NCBI GenBank assembly: GCA_051294905.1
Contig: CM119372.1
Span: 11,100,001-11,164,000, forward strand
DNA: 64,000 bases
DNA from: Botryllus schlosseri
Taxonomy: Eukaryota
Direction: 5' to 3'
Part shown: one piece after another, positions 51,929 to 64,000 of the stretch
Position numbering within the stretch: the first letter of the stretch is position 1
Layout of the letters: each line of letters starts with the position of its first letter
The notes under the pieces: model-generated
The model's database searches: none
Told to the model about the DNA's origin: nothing
What the model saw: the letters and a program-made list of their open reading frames with translations, nothing else
Made by a program: the position numbers and the translations under genes

Positions 51929-52520
51929 CAGTGTTGGGATCAAGTCACTACCTGTGAGTCATTTCACTTGGCACATTTTGACTCGAGTCAAGTCAAGTAA
52001 ATCGATTTTCGAAGGTGACTCGAGTCGAGTCAAGTCAAGTCACACATTTTTTGGAGGTGACTCGAGTTAAGTCGAGTCAAGTCAAGTCACAAATCAAGTC
52101 AAATTGAATTTTCGAAGTATGAGAGATGATTCAAAGTCAGTACATTTTGCTAGCTGTGTGAAAGACAGATTAATTTGCTATTTATCTTGAATCAAATAAC
52201 CAATATGAAGTTAAATATACATGCAAAAGGGCGTTGTACCGCTTACGCACACGTATAACTGCTAATAAAACACGTGATAAATATAGAACCGAATACAGAG
52301 AGAGGTTGAAACAAATTTATATGGTACAATAGCCTACAACACACAGCATCTACACATCCGTGAGAATATAAACAAACAGACTATATCGTTGTTCTATTTA
52401 AATCATACAAAAGGGTAAGTGAAGGTGAGCACTGCGCAACTTGAGCATTATGCCGTCTAAGAAACAGAGACACATTGCTATTAGATTAATCTACTACTAC
52501 GGCTACGTAAGCTGTGATAG
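51929..52520. mobile_element. Truncated MITE (CAAGTCAAGT family) inside the MULE
   Basis: The left end matches 22458. It is followed by a LINE-tail scrap and another hAT end at 52566. Confidence 0.7.
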
Positions 52521-53069
52521 CTTTGTTTTCGGTCCATGGAATCATACACCCACCTTGGCCTAGGCCAGGGGTGTCAAACATACGACCCGCGGGCCCCATC
52601 CAGCCCGCCAGACGAAATGTGAGTATTATTATCCCGAATATTTCTGGAAAATGTTGGTGTTTTTAGTAAGAAATACTTGTATTAAATAATCCCTCAAGAC
52701 ATCAGTTGTAGAGTATGTTTATAGGCCACATTATAACTATAACCGACAACGGTGTTGTGGTTTCAATCCAGTCACCATTAGAAATAAATAGCTGGCATTG
52801 ACACCCAATTCCGAGGAGACATACTGATCACAGTATTTTATGGAAAAAATGACCAAAAACTAGTTATTCACAGAAGTGAAATGGCCAACGCGAAACCGCG
52901 TTATATGCAGGTTACATGAAGAATTTACAGTTACACGGGAATATAATTCAAATATCTGTGGTCGTCGCACTGCTACATGGCTTTTGACTCGAAAGATCCA
53001 CAGCTAACAGAGAAACGCTTATCGCGATTTAATAATAATTAAATGAATTTCAACGTGCGCGGTGGCTGC

Positions 53070-54806
53070 ACACTCAGACTTGCTCCGGATCTGATAGGTG
53101 CGCACTATTTCAACCTGGACGTGCTCCGGATCTGATAGCTGCGCACTATTTCCACTCAGACTTGCTCCGGATCTGATAGTTGCGCACTATTTCAACCCAG
53201 ACAAGCTCCAGCGCTGATAACTGCGCCCTAAACGATACGTGACCTTTAAATGACCTGTATGTCTGCGATTTTTGGTGATAGATGTGATAGCTGAGTATAT
53301 CCACAGTAGTGATAGCTGCGCACTATTTCAACCCGGACGTGCTCCGGATCTGATAGCTGCGCACTATTTCAACCAGGACGTGGTCCGGAGCTGATACCTG
53401 CGCACTATTTCCACTCAGACTTGCTCCGGATGTGATAGCTGCGCACTATTTCAACCAGGGCGTGCTCCGGAGCTGATAGCTGCGCACTATTTCCACTCAG
53501 ACTTACTCCGGATGTGATAGCTGCGCACTATTTCAACCTGGACGTGCTCCAGATCTGATAGCTGCGCACTATTTCCACTCAGACTTGCTCCGGATGCGAT
53601 AGCTGCGCACTATTTCAACCTGGACGTGCTCCGGATCTGATAGCTGCGCACTATTTCAACCAGGACGTGCTCCGAATCTGATAGCTGCGCACTATTTCCA
53701 CTCAGACTTGCTCTGGATGTGATAGCTGCGCACTATTTCAACCTGGACGTGCTCCGGATCTGATAGCTGCGCACTATTTCAACCAGGACGTACTCCGAAT
53801 CTGATAGCTGCGCACTATTTCCTATCAGACTTGCTCCGGATGTGATAGCTGCGCACTATTTCAACCTGGACGTGCTCCGGATCTGATAGCTGCGCACTAT
53901 TTCAACGAGGACGTGCTCCGAATCTGATAGCTGCGCACTATTTCCACTCAGACTTGCTCCGGATCTGATAGTTGCGCACTATTTCAACCCAGACAAGCTC
54001 CAGCGCTGATAACTGCGCCCTAAACGATACGTGACCTTTAAATGACCTGTATGTCTGCGATTTTTGGTGATAGATGTGATAGCTGAGTATATCCACAGTA
54101 GTGATAGCGGCGCACTATTTCAACCTGGACGAGTGGACGTGCTCCGGATCTGATAGCTGCGCACTATTTCAACCAGGACGTGCTCCGAATCTGATAGCTG
54201 CGCACTATTTCCACTCAGACTTGCTCCGGATCTGATAGCTGCGCACTATTTCAACCCGGACATGCTCCGGATCTGATAGCTGCGCACTATTTCAACCCAG
54301 ACAAGCTCCAGCGCTGATAGCTGCGCCCTAAACGATACGTGACCTTTAAATGACCTGTATGTCTGCGATTTTTGGTGATAGCTGCGATAGCTGAGTATAT
54401 CCACAGTAGTGATAGCTGCGCACTATTTCAACCCGGACGTGCTCCGGATCTGATAGCTGCGCACTATTTGAACTCAGACTTGCTCCGGATGTGATAGCTG
54501 CGCACTATTTCAACCTGGACGTGCTCCGGATCTGATAGCTGCGCACTATTTCAACCAGGACGTGCTCCGGATCTGATAGCTGCGTACTATTTCAACCAGG
54601 ACGTGCTCCGGATCTGATAGCTGCGCACTATTTCAACCCAGACAAGCTCCAGCGCTGATAGCTGCGCCCTAGACGATACGTGACCTTTAAATGACCTGTA
54701 TGTCTGCGATTTTTGGTGATAGCTGCGATAGTTGTGATAGCTGAGTATATCCACAAGTGATAGCTGCGATAGCTGCGGGAGCTGCGATAGCTGAGTATAT
54801 CCACAG
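53070..54806 (-). repeat. Inverted 41-bp tandem array (right arm)
   Basis: Reverse complement of the left-arm units, with a different order and number of variants. Confidence 0.97.
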
Positions 54807-55161
54807 GGCCGGGTGGGTTCGGATATCCTAAGATTAGGGTTGCGGGACGTTAGGGTCAAGGTTGAGGTAGGATATCCGAAGATTAGGGTTGGGAATATTG
54901 TCATCTTCACCCTCAACCCTGATCTTAGGATATCTTAACCTCATCCAATCCTTGACCCTAACCCACCCTTATATCCCCCATCCATAATATCCCCAAGTCC
55001 CAACCCTTATCTTAGGATATCCTAACCCACCGACCCACCCTAATATCCCCAACCCTTGGGATATCCTAACCCTAACCACCCTAATATCCCCTTCCCCAGG
55101 CCCATCCCGAATCTTAGGATATCCTAACCTAACCCAAATATATCCATCCCTAATCCTAGCA

Positions 55162-56380
55162 CAGGGGTTCTCAAAGGGTGGGCCATGGCCCACTGGTGGG
55201 CCACAGAGCATTTTGAGGTGGGCCACAGAGCCATTTAGAAAATTTCAGAATTAATGTAAGTTTAGTTATATTTCTTATGTTATTCGCTAAAAATATATTC
55301 GTATTATCAAATTATACGTAAGCTACATAAAGCTTTTCATCCGACTCTGATTAGACGTAGTGGCACGCATGAAGTCAGCATGTACAAGTTGAAAACGTTC
55401 TGGCTCTGACAACCTATGGCTAACAGCAACTAAAATAATTTCAAGCGTATAATAACTGGAAGAGAATGCTGAAGTAACCAAGTATTCCGGTAGGGTCATA
55501 TGTCGTATGCCGTTGAAAGGGGTATGCAATGAGCTCGCAATGAAGTGCAATTGATGTACAGATTTACCGAAATTCGGCAGGCCGTATTATTGCAAGATAA
55601 TCATAGCCATAATTGCACGTTATTAGCAACTTCTGGAGGAGGTATATACTGCACCACCGCAACAACGAATCTTAATGGATTGAAGATTTATCGGAGCGCA
55701 TTAATCTTTGAAGTTGGTTTAAAATGTCCGGTCTGGAAATCAATGTACATTGTACATACTGAAAGAGTCACGGGAATTGATTGTATCATTGGATTGAATG
55801 TTCTGACATCGCAACTTCAGTTGTTTTGGAACAAGACATACAAAGTACATCATGCATATTGAAAAATCTTTCTCCACTTCGCTGTAGTACCCCATTCACC
55901 AATGAATTGTTCGATGCCGGCCCAGAATGATTCCCCTCAATAGTATCACTAAAGTCCCAATTACACCGTGCGGGGATCTGATCATTGTGTTTCGCGACGC
56001 GAATGGAGCAGCGGACGAAAATAATCTTCTTAGGAGTTTTTGCTTATGATCTACCAGGGCCGTAACTGCCGCACCCACATCCCCAATTTGGGGAGCTCGA
56101 AGGGGCCCAAGATTGTTTCGTTGGTCGTTTGTTGAAGGAAATTTATTCAACTTGAAATTTTTTTCGCGCTTCGCGCGATTTCATATTCCGGGAGATCGAT
56201 ACTTAAATATCATCAGTTAGAGAAACATGCGCATATTTTAGAGAAATAGGCATATCGGCGCTGTCCATCACCAGTTGACCACGCATTGAACAATATTATG
56301 ACTCCAAGATATCAGGTGGGCCACAGCACATTTTTAAACCGGAAAATGGGCCACGGCCTAGAAAGGGCTGGGAACCCCTG
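55162..56380. mobile_element. hAT (Charlie-type) element inserted into the telomere-like tract of the MULE right arm
   Basis: Termini CAGGGGTTCTCA / TGGGAACCCCTG; TSD TCCTAGCA. Confidence 0.9.
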
Positions 56381-57865
56381 TCCTAGCATATCCTAACCCA
56401 CCCTAATACCACCCCCCCCCCCATCCCTAATCTTAGGATATCCTACCCTAACCCACCCTAATATCTCCCGACCCTAATATCCCCAACCCTAATCTTAGGA
56501 TATCCTAACCCATCCTAATATCCCCCTCCCCCGTCCCTAATATCCGTCTATCCCACCCCAACGCGAAAAACAATTCATTTTGACGTTTATAAATTTTTTG
56601 TTTATGTTCATGGGGTAACATTTATTGGTGTCATGGAGATCATTTTTTCGATGTGTGGGGATTGGGGAATAACGAAGAAGTTCCAAATCTACTCAAGTAC
56701 GAGTAGAAATACTTCTTCCATAAGCAACCTAAAACTACTTGAAGTAGAAGTAGAATTGACTGACTTTCAATCTACTCAAGTAAGCAAGTAGTTTTGAAAA
56801 GTCTTAATTCGTTCGCATGAACTGTCAAAAGCTGCAAATTGAGATATGCGGAAGGTGCAGACAACTTGATTCGTATTGATGCATCCCAGGAGATATCGAT
56901 TTTCGACAGAGTAAGGATTCTTCGCATCATGGGATGCGAATTATAGTATTGATAGGAAAATGCGATGCTAACCCTTTGTTTACTAGAAGACCCCGTTTTA
57001 GACGATATCACGGCAAGTCGCCCTACCCCATATTAGAAGACCCCAAGTTTAGGCGAAAAACAATACGGAGAAGTTGCACTGGATTCGGTTTCGACACTTT
57101 GCGCAATTAGTATAGTTTAATAACAAATATTGTAGATTGTCAAATTTCTATATATAGTGTAGCTTTATTTTCGGGAAATAGAGGCATTACTACACTTGCT
57201 TGTATGCTTCAACATGTATGTTTCTTGTCTTCCGTCCATGAAGCTTCAAGATTGATCTGCTAAAACAGGTGTAACGTTAAAAAAAGCCGGGTTTTTCAGA
57301 TTATCAGGACACGTCATGGGTTGCTAGATTATGATATGGTAGGTAATTGCTAGATTGCAAAACGGTAGTTTCAAACGTTTTGGTGGGCCATATTTACTGT
57401 GTTGAAATATTTGATATGTGCGACAATGCGGTGTGAGTGGAACCAAGCAATCCGGTACCTAAATCATATTCACTGATACTTTCGTGAAAACATATTTGTG
57501 CGCGAAGTACAACAAAATTTCTGAGCTCTACTTGACATTTATGAATATTAAATGTTGGTACCCCGTGAAAACAGCCCCAAAATTCCTCAGGCTATCTTCC
57601 GTATTGGGGGATTAAACTACTTCTACTTGACAAGCCTGAAATAGCAAAAAGTAAGTAAGTAGATTACTAAATATCACGAAGTAGAAATAGAGAAAATCTG
57701 ATCTACTTGAGTAATCACCAGAAGTAGAGCAAAACTACTTGAGTACGGTACTTCCAAAAAGTAGAAGTAATTCGTTACTGACCATCTCTGTGTAGAACCT
57801 CATGTAAATGGTATCATTTATACGGTATTGGCATCTAGATGGACAAAATTAGACAATATAAAACC

Positions 57866-58070
57866 GTTTTTGTCGCTTGCGTCTTATATTCTCTGCATTA
57901 CTTTTCATTCAGTGTACATGCCTCTTATTTACTTTGCCTAGGCTAAGGTGGGTGTTTGATGATAAAGCCTACTCCAAGTTGTTTCGACACATTACTATAT
58001 CTTTTCATTGTATCGCAGTCTTGTGATGTTTTGAAACGATGAAAATATTAATAAACCTGATTGGTTGATC
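57866..58070 (+). repeat. LINE 3' tail fragment
   Basis: Matches the reverse complement of 41150-41370. Confidence 0.8.
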
Positions 58071-58114
58071 TTGACATTAGCAGCGTGTCAAATATCTTAT
58101 CTTTAATACTATAG

Positions 58115-58387
58115 TAGGGTTACCATATTTTAGAAATCTGAAAAAAGGACACTTTTCAAAATTTTCAGACTTGCAATACCTAAATTTCATTTTCCCACGT
58201 CGTGGTAGGTTGACTGAAAAAAAGGTCAACTTTCCAGCCCAACTGCTTCCAAAATAGCCGCCGGAGCGTTACTTCAGTGCTGATTTACTGTATCTGACTC
58301 CAATTTTACGGCACCCAAGGACATTTGGCCGTCCTCCGAGTACGCTTTCAAAAAAAGAGGACAAATCCTTTTCATATGGTAACCCTA
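58115..58387. mobile_element. hAT-type MITE (AAAGAGGACA family), 260 bp upstream of PCMT1
   Basis: TIR TAGGGTTACCATA; TSD TACTATAG. Confidence 0.9.
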
Positions 58388-58648
58388 TACTATAGCTAGC
58401 CTGATATAATAACATAGAGTCTTGTCTGTTATGCACTATGACTTTTTGCTGTGACATCAACCGACTTCTTCTTTTGAACAAGAATTCCTCTTGGTATCCT
58501 TGATCGCTCATTTAATGTTCACTTGTGTCTGTATATTGAGCTAATGTATAGTCATCTGTTGTCAATCAAGGTACCGTATTCTTATTCTAGTGGATTAACT
58601 ATGCAAGGTTAATTCAGACACACGGAGCTGCATCAATGCGATTTAACC

Positions 58649-59356
58649 ATGGCTTGGAGATCACATGGAAAGAATAATGTTGAGCTGATAGTAAATATGC
58701 GGAAGAATGGACTCATCAAATCCGACACGGTATTAAATGCAATGAAAGCTACCGATAGAAAATTCTACTGTCCGCATAACCCATATGATGATGCGCCCCA
58801 AAGTATTGGATATCAAGTCACAATAAGTGCTCCTCATATGCATGCCCATGCTTTGGAGATACTAGAAGGTCATCTTACTTCTTCTACTAAATCGAGAGCA
58901 TTAGATGTTGGATCAGGCACTGGGTATTTAACAGCATGCATGGCAAGAATGATTGGTGAACGTGGGGTTGTCATTGGAATTGAGCATATTCCAGAGCTTG
59001 TCGCCAAGTCTGTTGAAAATGTTGAAAAAGACGACAAAAACCTTATTTGCACTGGGCGAGTAATACTCGTCCAAGGAGATGGACGTTTAGGATATAACCC
59101 TGAACACTTCCGTGATGGACTATATGATGCTATTCATGTCGGTGCAGCAGCTCCGGATGTACCTGAAGCGCTACTGCAACAATTAAAACCAGGGGGACGG
59201 TTAGTTCTACCCATTGGACCTCCAGGCGAGACTCAGATGCTCCAGCAATGGGATAAAGCAGAAGACGGAAGTTTATCTCATAAAAATTTAATGTCTGTAG
59301 TTTATGTTCCTCTCACTGACAGAAAAAAACAGTGGCCTAGTGGTATTCGTGGGTGA
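58649..59356 (+). CDS. PCMT1: Protein-L-isoaspartate O-methyltransferase, intronless CDS, 235 aa
   Basis: MAWRSHG start, [20 protein letters not shown]-binding motif [35 protein letters not shown]. Confidence 0.97.
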   Translation: MAWRSHGKNNVELIVNMRKNGLIKSDTVLNAMKATDRKFYCPHNPYDDAPQSIGYQVTISAPHMHAHALEILEGHLTSSTKSRALDVGSGTGYLTACMARMIGERGVVIGIEHIPELVAKSVENVEKDDKNLICTGRVILVQGDGRLGYNPEHFRDGLYDAIHVGAAAPDVPEALLQQLKPGGRLVLPIGPPGETQMLQQWDKAEDGSLSHKNLMSVVYVPLTDRKKQWPSGIRG

Positions 59357-61117
59357 CATTCTTTGCCACTGCAAACAGTTCTGAAATATCCTGGTGGCAT
59401 TTACAGAAGCATATAGTTGGCTGTGGACAGTGATACTCGCGGATTCTACTAGGATCCATTAGCGACTTTCCGAATCCGCTCTTTATTATGGAGTTGGCCA
59501 CTGGACCCCATTTGTCTTACGATCGTGTTCTCTTGCTTTAGTCCACGGTTGCTCGGTCTCTTCCTGTAAGAATAATAATCCGATATATCATAACTTGTCA
59601 TACTGTATCAATCATTCAGAGGTTGTCGATAACAAAGTACTTCTACTTTTTTTGGGTACTCAAGTAGGTTTTGCCTACTTGTAGTACTTACTCAAGCAGG
59701 TATGTTTTCAAACTACTTCCACTTCTAAACTATAAAAGTACATACTTCTTACACTTTGGATTTTCTAAAGTAGTTATGGGATATAATTGCATCACTTCCA
59801 TCAGTGAAATTGTAGTGACATCTACCTACAGCGGTACAGCCCTACATTTTCAAATGTGGCCACCTCTGGATCTTATAATCTACCAAAACTAAGCGACTTA
59901 TCAACCAAACATTTCGATACTTTTTTAGCCCAGCCTACTTGATTTTTTTTCAGATCTTCTGTTTCTACTTGAAGTGCTTTCGACATGTCTTTGCTACTTC
60001 TACTTGTAATTAAGTAGCAATTTACGGTGTTAATTCTACTTGAGTAGCTATGCTGACTCGACTACTTCGACCACATCCGCAATCATTATCTGGTGCTGTT
60101 GAAAGTTCGGAAGTTTTTTTGGAAGACTGGAATTTGCTGTTAATTTGTCTGCCAACAACAAAATCACTAGTCTTCCAATAAAAAATCCTGTATGGGAAGG
60201 TGACTTAAGCCCTTCATCATTCTGCACAATTGCTAGTACTTTTGAAATACAATTCATGAATTCAATATATATCTCTTGAATTGATTTTCAATTCAATCAT
60301 TAAATACCTTCAAGGCAATACTCTGTCGTGATAGAGTATGAAGATTATGTTACTCGTTTGCGTGGGTTCACAGTCCACGGCGCCTGGCCATCCTGCGCTT
60401 CACTCTGACCAACCCTATGCTGAGTGAACGTGCGATGCCTTTTGAAGCTGCCAAAGCGAGATTAGAAAAACGTATTTTCTTATTGAGTTGAACTTGCTTC
60501 GTATATTTAAATTATTCAGTAGGCTGTAAACAAAGAAAATTGTGCCAACCAACACTCGAAATTGAGTGTTTCATTCATACTTCGACTGCTGTCGAGTCAG
60601 GTGGGATTATGAATATTACATAAACTTTACAAAGGCAATCTATGTATTATTCAACGAGTCCCTCTCCTTTTGGCATTATTGATAATGATCTGCTGAAAGA
60701 CGGAAGAGCGTCTTGTTGGGAATGGAAATTTGGTGACAACGCCGACGTGTTGGCAAGTCGGTGACCATTCACTTCGTAGGTAGTTCGATCTACGGATAAG
60801 TACAACTGCTAATCAAGTAAACGCATTGTCAGCATGTATTTTAGCAAAACATGCGTAGCAACGTTTGCGTTGAAAAGGTCCAATCTATCATTGGTATAAT
60901 TTTTACGGCTTGATTTATGTACGGATACTAAGTAGCCCAAAACAGCTGCTCAGCAGTGCCCATCCTCAGCTCAGTATCAGTAATATTTTCATCATTTCAA
61001 GACACCACAAAACTGCGATACAATGAAAAGATGGAAAGTTTCGAAATGACTAGGAGTATTCTTTGAAATCAGACACCCGCCTAGGCCATAGGGTCTCAAA
61101 CACGCGGGCCACATACG

Positions 61118-62903
61118 CACTGGCGTAGCCAGAAAGGGGCGGTCGCCCCCCCAAATTTTTGGGAATTTTTTTAAAATCAATATATATTACAGTATTTTGG
61201 CGTAGATGTATGTAACCTCAAATTTTTCTTCGCGATTCGCGCGATTTATTGTCCATTCATGTCTTGATTTTAATATCGGTATCACGAAAAAAACTCTTCC
61301 GCAAATACCCATTATTGAATATAGCTGCATTCTCTATTATGAAAATTCAACAGTACCAGTAGATACACTACAGTAGCCCGAGGTCGTTGGGTTGATTGAG
61401 TCTATAGGAGTGTCAGTTCAGTATGGGGGTTGGGGACTGATAGCTCCGGCGTCTTCCGTTCCGGGACACATGAAGATATATGAAGTATAGGCTACATGCG
61501 ACTCCGCAAAGTGCGCTTCCAAAATGATTGACGGCCATAAATCCGACCCATGTATTCCGAAAGCCTTCGAGAAACATTTTCGGCTGCTTAAATGGCTGCA
61601 TGGCGCCTAATGATCCTGTCCCTGCAATCAGACCCCTCCAACATAAATGCGACTGGCACAGGAAAATATCACCACATGTTAAAAAGTGCTAATTTGACAT
61701 TGAACGAGTCTATGATCAAAGGAGTTTTATTATTTGGTCTGATTTGTATCAGCGATTTCAATCTTTAAAGTATAGCGTCAATCTGTAGGCTACTAGAGGT
61801 TACGAACTAACCGCGTGCTTCAACGAAGTGATAAGAATGGACACCACTTGCTCATAGACGAACCAATATTATTGATCAAATTAATCCGTCATTTATTCAA
61901 AAAAAAAATTTACGTTCTGCGCGACTATGGCTGAAATTCAGACTGATTATTGTTCATCACTTAATGCCAGCGATTTGGGCTCGTCCGCGAAACGACCACC
62001 TAATACAAGCTTAGTTGACAACTGGAAACTTCCATCAGGTATGTGTGTGTGCGTCAGAATCGTATGTGTGAAATGTAGTGACAGCTTTCTCCCCAAGTCA
62101 TGAAGTAACAGCAATAAATGACAACTGTCCTGTCCGGCGTCCACCCTCTAGAACAGGGACGGCCTGCCCGGGGCCCAGCCCGGGAGGTTTTGAGTGGCCC
62201 GCGGGTTAATTCTCGAAATTACTAATATTATCAAAAAAAAAATTACCAAAACCAAATAAACCAAATTTTGTTTAGCTTGACCACGAAATTTGGGATTTTG
62301 ACGAATAAATTATCAGTTTCGACGCATTGGCGTAGCCAGGGGCCAGCAGCCACATTTTTCGTAGATCGTCCTATATAATGTACAATATTTCGCGCGGCTA
62401 TGTCGGGGATCCACCAGAAGTCTTCATGTCATAATTGTTATTGATTTTGATACGTATTAATATATAAGTAATGTTTTCACCGTTACATCAACATTCATAT
62501 ATAGTTCATATGGAACATATAGTTCATGATGTATAATTAAGTGCCCCCTGAATGTTTGATGACACCACCTCCTATCAGCAGTCAGCACTGCCAGTAAATC
62601 TGATAATGAAAACGTATTTGCAATATGCGAATAACAATAGAATGAACGAATTTCATTCATTAACCAAGAAAAATTTTCGCGCTTCGCGCGAAGGTGTTGT
62701 CGTCGGGATTTTCCACAATCATCATATTATCACATCATGTCTGTGAATGGAATATATATAACGATCGCCCCAGATGTTGTGTTAATCATCCAATAAGGGC
62801 CCAAGTCCATCGTTTTTTACCTATTTTTCTTTATCTTTAAGGTTCATTTACGTCATCGAATTTTTCGCCCCCCCCCCAAATATTTTTTCTGGCTACGCCC
62901 TTG
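61118..62903. mobile_element. hAT-type non-autonomous element nested in another hAT end
   Basis: Termini CACTGGCGTAGCCAGAAA / TTTCTGGCTACGCCCTTG; TSD CACATACG. Confidence 0.85.
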
Positions 62904-63260
62904 CACATACGGCCCGCGAAAACATTTTGTGCTGCCCGAGATAGCATTTTAAGTATTCAACTGCCTGATTCCACATATATTTTTTTAGATTTGAGAACCT
63001 GAACTTCACCCTTGATCTGCTCCAAAAACCCGCAAACTCATCAACCTTCACTGTCAACAGCTACCATGTGGTGGACGATCATTCGATCAGCTATTATGTA
63101 ACATTTCTTGTTCACGATAAAACATCACCCGCTAATGATTCGTGACTGAAAATTGTAATAAAAACTTGGACGTAACCGTTCGTAAATGACTCGAATTGAG
63201 TCGGGCCAAACGATAAAATCAGAGGACTTGTGACTCGGAACGTCATTACTTGGTATACGA

Positions 63261-63542
63261 GTGGCGAGATAGCGCAGTGGTATAATCCGCGGCTGCAACA
63301 CCAATGGGTGCGGGTTCGAGTCCGACCGAGGTCGATCGACTTCCGAATTCCGATACCTAAGTGTTGGAGGTTTACCTAGGCTCCTCCTCGCCACATCATC
63401 CGCGTCAGCGGTGTCTTACAAAAAGCCTAGAGGTGGGCCGTGCTATAAGTCGGCAGTTACGGAAAATAAGAAGAATATCGGCCTGGTGTAAATGACCATA
63501 GTAGTCGACAAACACCATGAATACCCCAAAACAAACAAACAA
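63261..63542 (+). mobile_element. tRNA-derived SINE, family B, full length
   Basis: A-box TAGCGCAGTGG, B-box GGTTCGAGTCC, (AAAC)n tail, and a 13-bp TSD ACTTGGTATACGA. Confidence 0.93.
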
Positions 63543-63730
63543 ACTTGGTATACGACCACGGACTCAACAAACTGTCATGGGGAATAGTAATATATCAAAA
63601 GGTCGTAGCTTGCGTAGCGTATAGCTATCTAATCAGGTCAGTATGGTAATAATCGGCATTCTGTTGCCCCCCATGATGTAGGCCTATGGTAAGTTACAGC
63701 CTGGGTGATATTCGGTCTCTTTATCCATGT

Positions 63731-64000
63731 TAGGCTTACCATATTTTGGAAATCTAAAAAGAGGACACTTTTTCAGAAATTTCAGACTTGCAAAACGGAG
63801 AAGAATTCTCAAAAACCGGTGAAAAAGGTCACCTTCTCCGCTCAGAGCTCAAAATACCGTTTTTCTCTCCACGTTGTCGGGTGGATGACTAAAAAAAAGG
63901 TCTCTTTTCGCTCAGAGCTAAATTCACCGTTTTTTACTCCGAAATACCCGCCGGAGCTTCATTTCTGTGCTAATTTGCGGCATATCGCTCGCAATTTGCT
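63731..64000. mobile_element. hAT-type MITE (AAAGAGGACA family), cut by the window edge
   Basis: Collinear with 31299 onwards. Confidence 0.88.

Larger units (their letters stand above)
46900..56684 (+). mobile_element. Mutator/MULE-like foldback transposon with complex tandem-repeat TIRs
   Basis: Termini GGCACTTCTTCGTTATTCCC / GGGAATAACGAAGAAGTTCC; perfect 8-bp TSD AAATCTAC. Inverted repeat arrays flank a central transposase relic. Confidence 0.88.
46833..57790. mobile_element. hAT-type MITE (AGTAGAAGTA family) hosting a 9.8-kb Mutator-like element
   Basis: Termini CAGAGGTGGTC / GACCATCTCTG; TSD TATAGAAC/TGTAGAAC. The body resumes at 56685 and is collinear with the 6676 copy. Confidence 0.88.

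Noticed and set aside
63261..63335. tRNA genes at 63261, 40134 and 30478
   Set aside because: A and B boxes are present, but they continue into repeated SINE bodies. The 63261 copy has a tail and a TSD, and no clean cloverleaf is evident.
178..64000. Most remaining short ORFs of 60-130 aa
   Set aside because: They lie in MITEs, SINEs or repeats, or antisense to real genes, and show no recognisable motifs.

Overview
Animal nuclear DNA, AT-rich and dense in transposons. Compact genes, GT-AG introns and lone splice acceptors just upstream of start codons suggest an invertebrate chordate such as a tunicate, but this is inference. Four host genes are visible. (1) A minus-strand CCDC62-like coiled-coil gene with five phase-consistent exons between 915 and 15065, continuing beyond the left edge. 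(2) UVSSA, two exons with a 65-bp intron. (3) An intronless calcineurin B directly upstream of UVSSA on the same strand. (4) An intronless PCMT1/PIMT. Most of the rest is nested mobile DNA, most of it delimited by eye from TIRs and target-site duplications (TSDs). It includes many hAT-type MITEs, two tRNA-derived SINE families, CR1/L2-like LINE 3' fragments, and an internally deleted Gypsy element that retains an open integrase frame. There are also five long foldback (palindromic) elements. The most striking is a 9.8-kb Mutator-like element whose decayed transposase is flanked by inverted arrays of a 41-bp repeat and telomere-like (CCCTAA) tracts. Three short GG..CC elements with 8-bp TSDs carry similar telomere-like tracts. 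Family assignments come from motif recognition only; no database search was run.
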